Shown here: positions 56,938 to 64,000 of the stretch, one piece after another
Numbering within the stretch: the stretch's first letter is position 1
How the letters are laid out: each line of letters opens with the position of its first letter
From: a virus
Virus record (IMG/VR): IMGVR_UViG_3300029319_007985
Coordinates: 64,001 to 128,000 of that record
Reading direction: 5' to 3' (one strand)
DNA length: 64,000 nucleotides
Program-made: the position numbers and the translations under genes
Notes under the pieces: generated by a model
What the model was told of the DNA's origin: nothing
Database searches by the model: none
What the model saw: only the letters and a program-made list of their open reading frames with translations

Positions 56938-59594
56938 GTTATATAGATGCATTCTATAAAAGAGATGAGGACAAAGTCCGTGTAGTTGAAAGAGACTCCA
57001 AAGGACAAAGAAAGTTTGTAGACTACGACGCAAGATATACATTTTACTATCCTGACAGCAGAGGAAAACACAGAAGTATATTTGGAGAACAACTGCAAAA
57101 AGTACAATGCTCCACTTTCAAGCAATTTATAAAAGAACAAAAAATAAGATCAAATAAAAAATTATACGAACAAGATATAAATCCAGTCTTTAGGTGCCTG
57201 GAAGAAAATTATCTCGGTAAGGAAACTCCAAAATTAAATGTTGTATTTTTCGATATTGAAGTTGACTTCGACCCACAGCGTGGATATTCTACTACAGATG
57301 ATCCATTTATGCCAATAACAGCAATAACTTGTTATCTAAGTTGGAGCGATCAATTAGTAACACTTGCGGTTCCGCCAAAGACACTAAACATGTCAGGAGC
57401 AAAAATGGCGACAGAACGTTTTGAAAACGTCATGTTGTTTGAAAAAGAAGCGGACATGTTAGACGCATTTTTAACACTGATAGATGATGCGGACATTTTG
57501 AGTGGATGGAACTCGGAAGGTTATGATATTCCATACACTGTTGGTAGGATACAAAAAACATTGAGTAGCGACGACACAAGAAGACTATGCTTCTGGGGTG
57601 AAAAGCCAAAGCGTAGGACATTTGAGAAATATGGCAGAGAGCAACTAAGTTATGACCTGATAGGAAGAGTGCATTTGGATCTGCTAGAACTTTACAGAAA
57701 ATACACATATGAAGAAAGACATTCGTACAGACTAGATGCAATAGGTGAACACGAACTTGGCGAAAAAAAGACAGTGTATGAAGGATCTTTGGACAACCTA
57801 TATAATAATGACTTTGGTTTGTTTATAGAATACAATAGACAAGACTGTGCTCTACTTGCCAAACTGGAAAAAAAATTAAAATTTATTGAACTTGCAAACG
57901 AAATAGCACACCAAAATACCGTGTTATTACAGACTACGATGGGGGCAGTCGCAGTGACTGAACAAGCAATCGTGAATGAAGCACACAGAAGAGGCATGAT
58001 TGTGCCTGGAAGAGTCAAACGTGCCGAAGGAGAATCTGTCACGGCGGCTGGTGCATACGTGGCCACGCCCAAGAAAGGTTTACATAATTGGATAGGTAGT
58101 TGCGATATCAACAGTCTATATCCAAGTGTAATTAGAGCATTGAACATGGGACCAGAATCAATTGTTGGACAGATACGCCCTGTTATCACGTCTGCGGAAA
58201 TAAATCGTGCAAGGCACCAGAAAAAGTCATTTGCGGCGGCTTGGGATAATCAATTTGGCACTTGGGAATATCAAGCAGTAATGAAACAAGATAAAGGCAC
58301 TGAAATAATAGTTGACTGGGAAGATGGCACAAGTGTGAAAATGAGTGCAGGGCAACTACACGAACTTGTGTTTGAGAGTAATAATCAATGGATGTTGAGT
58401 GCAAACGGAACTATTTTCACGTATGAATTTGAAGCAATCATCCCTGGACTACTTAAAAGATGGTATGCTGAAAGAAAAGAAATGCAACGTAAGATGCATG
58501 AGTGCGGTGATAATGAAATAGAAAAAGAGTTTTGGGACAAAAGGCAACTAGTCAAAAAAATTAATTTAAACAGTTTGTATGGAGCAATCTTAAATCCAGG
58601 TTGCAGATTCTTCGACATAAGGATTGGACAGTCAGTAACACTAACTGGTAGATGTATCACAAAACACATGGGCGCAAAAGTAAATGAAGTAATAACTGGC
58701 GACTATGATCATAAAGGTGATTCAGTAATTTACGGCGACACAGATTCAGTTTACTTTAGTGCTTACAAACCGCTACAGAATGAAATAACGTCTGGAAAAG
58801 TGCCATGGCAAAAAGAAAACATAATAAATTTATATGATAAAATTGCTGACGAAGTCAATAACTCCTTTACACAATACATGACCAAAGCATTTCACTGTCC
58901 AAAAACTAGAGGCGAGGTAATAAAAGCAGGACGTGAATTAGTTGCTAGTAAAGGATTGTTTATTACAAAGAAAAGATATGCAGTGTTGTACTTCGACAAG
59001 GAGGGAGAACGTCAAGATATAGCCGGCTCGCCAGGAAAAATGAAGGCAATGGGACTTGATCTTAAAAGATCTGACACTCCTGTTTTTGTACAAAACTTTC
59101 TAAGTGAGTTGTTGATGATGGTTTTGACTAACAAAACTGAAGAAGAAGTCCTAAAAAGAATATCTGAATTTAGGTCAGAGTTCAAAGCAAGGCCAGGTTG
59201 GGAAAAAGGATCACCAAAAAGAGCAAACAACGTTACAGAATATCTTGCAAAAGAAACTAAACAAGGGAGAGCCAACATGCCAGGGCACGTAAGAGCAAGT
59301 ATAAACTGGAATAGATGTAGAGAAATGTACAGCGACAAATATTCTCTTCCTATAACGGATGGAGCAAAAGTGATTGTGTGTAAATTGAAAAACAATCCAT
59401 TAGGCTACACTTCAATAGCCTATCCAGTTGACGAGATGAGAATACCCGACTGGTTCAAAGAAATGCCATTTGATGCTGAAGCAATGGAATCTACAATACT
59501 AGATCAAAAAATAGACAATCTTATCGGGGTGCTTAATTGGGACGTACAAAGCACAGAGACCACAAACACATTCAACAAACTATTCCAATTTTAA
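56934..59594 (+). CDS. Family B DNA polymerase
   Basis: FDIEV, YNRQD, DINSLYPS, KINLNSLYG, YGDTDS, KKRY; no intein. Confidence 0.96.
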   Translation: MSYIDAFYKRDEDKVRVVERDSKGQRKFVDYDARYTFYYPDSRGKHRSIFGEQLQKVQCSTFKQFIKEQKIRSNKKLYEQDINPVFRCLEENYLGKETPKLNVVFFDIEVDFDPQRGYSTTDDPFMPITAITCYLSWSDQLVTLAVPPKTLNMSGAKMATERFENVMLFEKEADMLDAFLTLIDDADILSGWNSEGYDIPYTVGRIQKTLSSDDTRRLCFWGEKPKRRTFEKYGREQLSYDLIGRVHLDLLELYRKYTYEERHSYRLDAIGEHELGEKKTVYEGSLDNLYNNDFGLFIEYNRQDCALLAKLEKKLKFIELANEIAHQNTVLLQTTMGAVAVTEQAIVNEAHRRGMIVPGRVKRAEGESVTAAGAYVATPKKGLHNWIGSCDINSLYPSVIRALNMGPESIVGQIRPVITSAEINRARHQKKSFAAAWDNQFGTWEYQAVMKQDKGTEIIVDWEDGTSVKMSAGQLHELVFESNNQWMLSANGTIFTYEFEAIIPGLLKRWYAERKEMQRKMHECGDNEIEKEFWDKRQLVKKINLNSLYGAILNPGCRFFDIRIGQSVTLTGRCITKHMGAKVNEVITGDYDHKGDSVIYGDTDSVYFSAYKPLQNEITSGKVPWQKENIINLYDKIADEVNNSFTQYMTKAFHCPKTRGEVIKAGRELVASKGLFITKKRYAVLYFDKEGERQDIAGSPGKMKAMGLDLKRSDTPVFVQNFLSELLMMVLTNKTEEEVLKRISEFRSEFKARPGWEKGSPKRANNVTEYLAKETKQGRANMPGHVRASINWNRCREMYSDKYSLPITDGAKVIVCKLKNNPLGYTSIAYPVDEMRIPDWFKEMPFDAEAMESTILDQKIDNLIGVLNWDVQSTETTNTFNKLFQF

Positions 59595-59601
59595 ATACAA
59601 G

Positions 59602-60429
59602 ATGCTTAGTATAGAAGAGATAAAACTAACAATATCTGCTCTCAAAAAATTACGAGATACAAAAAATTGGGAAGATTGCATTGACAGTTACTTAAAAAAA
59701 TTAGAAGAACTGGCCAGACGTGTTGACGCATACAACGACGATCAAATCCAACAATTGGATAAGACAAAAGATTGGTATCAGCAAGAGTTAGATTGGACAC
59801 ATAATAGAAAAAAACACTTGTACGACGAGTTGCTTGACAAGATGATCGAATCAAAAATATTTCAGTTTGCGAAAGCAGGCAAAACAGCCAACATGCAAAA
59901 CTCTTTGGAAATAGGACCAGGGTATGGTAGGTACAGTAAAATGTTTTTGTCTTGGAGGCTGAACTATTTTCTAGACTTATTGCCAACATGTGAAACTAAA
60001 ATTAAGAAAAAATTTCACCCACCTCATCACAAATATATTAAATTTTATACGACACTACGTTGTGACTGTTCTCCAATACCAACCAACAGTTGTAATTTTG
60101 TTTTTTCCTGGAACACCTTTACTTTCTTTACACAAAAACACATCAATGAATACCTAGGAGACATGAAAAGGGTAATGTTACCAGGCGGATATGCTCTTAT
60201 ACATTATGCCAACTGTGAATATGATAAAGACTTGCACGAGGCAAAGCGTGGTTATTGGAACTTCAATACTAAAACAGACATGCACAAAATGATCCAATCA
60301 CATGGTTATGACATCATAGAAAGCGATCAATTTAAACAAGGCGCCAATTATGTTATCTTCAAAAAACTTGGTAATCTAAATCCTGTGCTTTATCAAGTTT
60401 TAGAAATGCCGCTAGATAAAGAAAAATAA
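59602..60429 (+). CDS. Class I SAM-dependent methyltransferase
   Basis: LEIGPGYG, MLPGG. Confidence 0.75.
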   Translation: MLSIEEIKLTISALKKLRDTKNWEDCIDSYLKKLEELARRVDAYNDDQIQQLDKTKDWYQQELDWTHNRKKHLYDELLDKMIESKIFQFAKAGKTANMQNSLEIGPGYGRYSKMFLSWRLNYFLDLLPTCETKIKKKFHPPHHKYIKFYTTLRCDCSPIPTNSCNFVFSWNTFTFFTQKHINEYLGDMKRVMLPGGYALIHYANCEYDKDLHEAKRGYWNFNTKTDMHKMIQSHGYDIIESDQFKQGANYVIFKKLGNLNPVLYQVLEMPLDKEK

Positions 60430-60475
60430 TTTAACAGTTGATTCTGATCTAAATATTTTATATAATAATTGTATT

Positions 60476-61213
60476 ATGATAGATATCTTGAAAGACATTG
60501 TCAAGCACACGCATGGACTTGGATTCCTCGATCTTGTTAAAATTACTGGTACCAGTGATTCAACTGCTATTGATTCAATGGCAGAGGACAGATCAGTTAT
60601 CCTGCAAGGATCTTTTCACAAACCACAATCAGGTATGATAGGAACTTTTGGTATGCCTCAGTTGAATAAACTAGATATACATTTAAAATGTCCGGAATAC
60701 AAAGATAAGGCAAACATATCCGTAATGACTGGAACCAGAAATGGTGCAGAAACACCAACAGGTATACACTTTGAAAATGAAAAAGGTGATTTCAAGAATG
60801 ATTATAGATTTATGAATGCCGAGATTATTAACGAAAAACTTAAAACTGTAAAATTTAAAGGTGTTAAGTGGGACGTTGAGATCGAGCCTACAGTGGCAAG
60901 TGTACAAAGATTCAACTTTCAATCAGTAGCAAACACAGAACACAATTCTTTTGTTGTAAGAACAGAGGATGGTAACCTGATATTCACTTTTGGTGATCAA
61001 TCATCACATGGTGGTGAATTTGTATTTGCAAAAGACGTGAAAGGAACTCTTAATAAAGGATGGAGTTGGCCGGTAGCACAGGTATTACAGATATTGAAAC
61101 TTTCTGATTCTGCAAAAGTAACACTACATTTTTCCAATGAAGGAGCAATGCAGGTTACAGTAGACTCAGGACTAGGCAAATATCAGTATATTATTCCAGC
61201 GCAGGCGCAGTAA
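60476..61213 (+). CDS. Sliding clamp-like protein
   Basis: 245 aa, next to polB, C-terminal GAMQVTVDSGLGKYQYIIPA; promoter TTGATT-N17-TATAAT. Confidence 0.6.
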   Translation: MIDILKDIVKHTHGLGFLDLVKITGTSDSTAIDSMAEDRSVILQGSFHKPQSGMIGTFGMPQLNKLDIHLKCPEYKDKANISVMTGTRNGAETPTGIHFENEKGDFKNDYRFMNAEIINEKLKTVKFKGVKWDVEIEPTVASVQRFNFQSVANTEHNSFVVRTEDGNLIFTFGDQSSHGGEFVFAKDVKGTLNKGWSWPVAQVLQILKLSDSAKVTLHFSNEGAMQVTVDSGLGKYQYIIPAQAQ

Positions 61214-62655
61214 TGACAGATAAAAGGCAAGAACATTTAGGAGAGTACAGCAGAGACTTTGCGGTGTTCTTGCCTGCTATTTCAAACTTTTACAATACTT
61301 TCATTAGCAAACAAAGGGTTACTGAGGGCACCCACATACCAGCAGAAAGAATACCAAAAGGATTGGACAGAGGAGTCGAAGGATTAAACTTTATCAATCC
61401 TGAACAAGGATATTTCACATATCCAACAGCATTATATTCGGCAGGACACGCCTGTTTAGATATGGATAAAACAGCAGACAGAGATTCAATGTGTGTCAAT
61501 CGAGACAGAAAGTTTTCAACGATTATTGGTGACTCAGGTGGATATCAGATAGGAAAAGGTGTTATTAAATTTGATTGGAAAGATTTTGAAGGAAATAAAG
61601 CAAACAAAGTAAGGTCAGATATTTTAAATTGGTTGGAACTTACAAGCGATTGGGCAATGACCTTAGACGTGCCAACTTGGGCGGCAGACGATTTGAATTC
61701 ACCAAAAACAGGACTAAAAAGTTTTCAAGATACATTGGACGGCACAATTTACAATAATAAGTTTTTCCAAAAAAATAGACTAGGACAGACCAAGTTATTA
61801 AACGTGTTACAAGGTGATGATTGGGAAACAGCACAAATTTGGTATGACAAAGTAAAAGATTTTGAATTTGAAGGTTGGGCAATGGGCGGAATCAACATGT
61901 GTGACATGGAGGTTATGTTAAAAAGGCTAATCATAATGAGAGATGAAAAGAAACTGGATGGTAAAGACTGGATGCACGTACTAGGCACGTCACAACTTGA
62001 TTGGGCATGTTTCTTAACACAGGTACAAAGACAGGTTCGAAAGAATATCAATGACAAATTTACTATTAGTTTTGATAGTGCGTCAGCATTTTTATCAACC
62101 GCAAATGGACTTGTGTACACGCACAACTTGTTTACTCCAAAAAGATGGAGTTACATAATGGAGAAGGCACCAGATGACAAGAGACTAAAAGGATCAACTA
62201 TTCCGTTTCCTTTCAAGTCAGCAATAGGAGAAAGACTAATACTTGGAGATGTTTGTGCTTATGGTGAAGGGGATCTAAACAAAAACAATAAAGAGGGCAA
62301 AACAAGTTGGGATAGTTTTAGTTACTGCTTGATGATGGCCCATAATGTTTACAACCATATAAGAGCGGTGCAAATTGCAAATGACTTGAATGACATTGAG
62401 ATGATCAAACATAAACCACAGGTAAAACACTGGAGAAAGACTAAGGATTCGGACAACACAGATGAACCAAGTGACTTTGTTCCACGAAATATTTTATATT
62501 TCAACACACTTGTGGAAGAAGTGTTCACAAGTGAAAAGCCAATGGATGTAATAAACAATGCCAGTAGTTTCCTTGCTGACATACGTGGCACTAGATGGGC
62601 AAGGGCCACAGGCGGTGGAAAAGGCAAAAACAACTTTAGCAGTCTATTCGAATAG
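61213..62655 (+). CDS. TGT-fold transglycosylase (DpdA-like)
   Basis: DSGGYQ, LDVP, VLQG, AMGG, HVLG, SFDS, HN. Confidence 0.8.
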   Translation: MTDKRQEHLGEYSRDFAVFLPAISNFYNTFISKQRVTEGTHIPAERIPKGLDRGVEGLNFINPEQGYFTYPTALYSAGHACLDMDKTADRDSMCVNRDRKFSTIIGDSGGYQIGKGVIKFDWKDFEGNKANKVRSDILNWLELTSDWAMTLDVPTWAADDLNSPKTGLKSFQDTLDGTIYNNKFFQKNRLGQTKLLNVLQGDDWETAQIWYDKVKDFEFEGWAMGGINMCDMEVMLKRLIIMRDEKKLDGKDWMHVLGTSQLDWACFLTQVQRQVRKNINDKFTISFDSASAFLSTANGLVYTHNLFTPKRWSYIMEKAPDDKRLKGSTIPFPFKSAIGERLILGDVCAYGEGDLNKNNKEGKTSWDSFSYCLMMAHNVYNHIRAVQIANDLNDIEMIKHKPQVKHWRKTKDSDNTDEPSDFVPRNILYFNTLVEEVFTSEKPMDVINNASSFLADIRGTRWARATGGGKGKNNFSSLFE

Positions 62656-62664
62656 GAGGATAAA

Positions 62665-62877
62665 ATGGTAAAAGTTAAAAACAAGAAACTAAAAAAATTA
62701 TTGTATGAAAAGAATTGGTTAGATAAAAAAGTTGCCGAACTAACCAAAGATCGGAAAAAAGATAGAAGTTGGGACGCCAAAGCAACTTTGGTAAGATTAA
62801 AAAAACAAAAACTGAGATTGAAGGAAGAAATAACAAGACTAGCAAACAAATTGGGCAGTTTAACAAAACTAAAGTAA
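62665..62877 (+). CDS. Basic coiled-coil protein (DUF465-like)
   Basis: LKKQKLRLKEEI; GGAGG SD. Confidence 0.55.
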   Translation: MVKVKNKKLKKLLYEKNWLDKKVAELTKDRKKDRSWDAKATLVRLKKQKLRLKEEITRLANKLGSLTKLK

Positions 62878-62878
62878 A

Positions 62879-62906
62879 TTGACAAAATGTTTTTCTATGT
62901 TATAAT
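62879..62906 (+). promoter_or_regulatory. Sigma70-type promoter, leaderless
   Basis: TTGACA-N16-TATAAT with TG extension; ATG follows after 6 nt. Confidence 0.82.
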
Positions 62907-62912
62907 AGGCTT

Positions 62913-63458
62913 ATGTTAAGAGATTATTCTACAGGCTTCAAAGAAGATGTGAATGTTTTTTCAGGTATTGAAATAGAACACACTCCGGCATATGGTAAAC
63001 AAACACTTTTCCTTGCACGTAACGATCTTACTTTTGATCAAATACAAAGTTTGGCCGTGGCCGCTGATGCAGAAGCAATATACTATGGAGCAAATAGGTC
63101 CTATATGCACAGTCACGCGATGCAGTTGGCTCAAATACATCAATTGTTAGACAGAGGATACTGGGTAACTGTTGATTACCCATTTGAATTACATCAATTG
63201 GTTGCCAAGAAGTTTAGCACGTGCTGGAGAAAGGAAAGATTTATTCCATTCTGCTCTATCATATTTCCACACACAGAAGAAGATGACAATTTGTGTTTCA
63301 AAGTAGACGATGTAGATTTTAACAAAACAAATCCTGGTGTTTGGAGCATGACTATGAAAGATTTCAAAGACAAAGCAGGATTTACTAAATGGGAAGAATA
63401 CAAACAAGATGAACCAATAACAGAGGACAAAATATGGCCAGCACCACAGAAAGCGTAA
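62913..63458 (+). CDS. Hypothetical phage protein
   Basis: EIEHTPAYGKQTLF, KVDDVDFNKTNPGVW. Confidence 0.65.
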   Translation: MLRDYSTGFKEDVNVFSGIEIEHTPAYGKQTLFLARNDLTFDQIQSLAVAADAEAIYYGANRSYMHSHAMQLAQIHQLLDRGYWVTVDYPFELHQLVAKKFSTCWRKERFIPFCSIIFPHTEEDDNLCFKVDDVDFNKTNPGVWSMTMKDFKDKAGFTKWEEYKQDEPITEDKIWPAPQKA

Positions 63459-63898
63459 TTGATCAGATGTATAACATACCTGAGCAACAACAAGAACAAG
63501 CATTGAAAGAAAAAGCCGGAAAGGCGGCAAAAATGATATGGGTGACCTTTCAAAAAGAAGGTATGCACAAATACCCTGCGGCACTAGATGATCCAAAATT
63601 AAAGACAGGAGATGAGTACGATGTTAGTTTCTTAGGATATCCACACAGACACATATTTCATTTCAAAGTGGCAATAGAAGTATTCCACGATGACAGAGAC
63701 ATTGAATTTATACAGTTTAAAAGATGGCTCCTTAATTTGTACAAGGACGGCACTATACAAAGCGACTTTAAAAGTTGTGAAATGATGAGTGATGACCTAT
63801 ACATTGCAATCACAAAAAAATATCCAGGTAGACGCATAGAAATAGATGTATCAGAAGATGGTGAAAACGGATCACACGCAGTATATGAAAGAACTTAA
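63434..63898 (+). CDS. QueD-like T-fold protein (second type)
   Basis: EGMH, HRHIFH, DIEF, SCEM, VSEDGENG. Confidence 0.6.
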   Translation: MASTTESVIDQMYNIPEQQQEQALKEKAGKAAKMIWVTFQKEGMHKYPAALDDPKLKTGDEYDVSFLGYPHRHIFHFKVAIEVFHDDRDIEFIQFKRWLLNLYKDGTIQSDFKSCEMMSDDLYIAITKKYPGRRIEIDVSEDGENGSHAVYERT

Positions 63899-64000
63899 GA
63901 TAAAAGAAAAGAGAGCAACTACTAGGAAAGGATATCTACCGATAGGTGGTGGTGGACTAAATGCCAGTTACACATTTGTAGATGCAGTAGCCAACGTATG
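63885..64000 (+). CDS. Partial CDS running off the window
   Basis: MKELKIKEKRATTRKGYLPIGGGG... Confidence 0.5.
   Translation, partial: MKELKIKEKRATTRKGYLPIGGGGLNASYTFVDAVANV

Noticed and set aside
56934-59594. Intein or intron in the DNA polymerase
   Set aside because: Normal length with contiguous motifs
1-64000. tRNA genes, integrase, transposase, stop-codon recoding
   Set aside because: Intergenic gaps are tiny with no cloverleaf seen; genes are intact under code 11 and all three stops are used

Overview
AT-rich, almost gapless, mostly + strand segment of a large lytic myophage genome (T4-like/jumbo type). Evidence: family B DNA polymerase, sliding clamp, clamp loader, a stand-alone DnaE fragment, baseplate/tail-fibre array, endolysin and spanins, and TAAATA late promoters. 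The host is probably a marine alphaproteobacterium (SAR11-like); this is inferred from the bc1-type cytochrome b and low GC. Auxiliary genes include full-length cytochrome b (petB), alternative oxidase, SodC, SufE, an A-type Fe-S carrier, GroES, DnaJ, ClpA, peptide deformylase, UvsE, a CHASE2 adenylate cyclase, truncated T1SS parts and 7-deazaguanine genes (QueD, a second QueD-like protein, TGT/DpdA-like). Most notable: (1) a late cluster (45-56 kb, plus SodC) of modular proteins with T4 internal-protein-like N-termini and [ILVF]xE| protease-like junctions linking enzymes to basic peptides, suggesting capsid-packaged polyprotein cargo; (2) two quinol-oxidising genes, each coupled behind a chaperone gene (groES-petB, dnaJ-aox); (3) a pseudoknotted, preQ1-riboswitch-like leader on queD; (4) apparent absence of AGCT and GCWGC; (5) pervasive leaderless gene starts. 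No tRNA, rRNA, CRISPR array, integrase or transposase was seen. All family calls come from motif recognition, not database searches.
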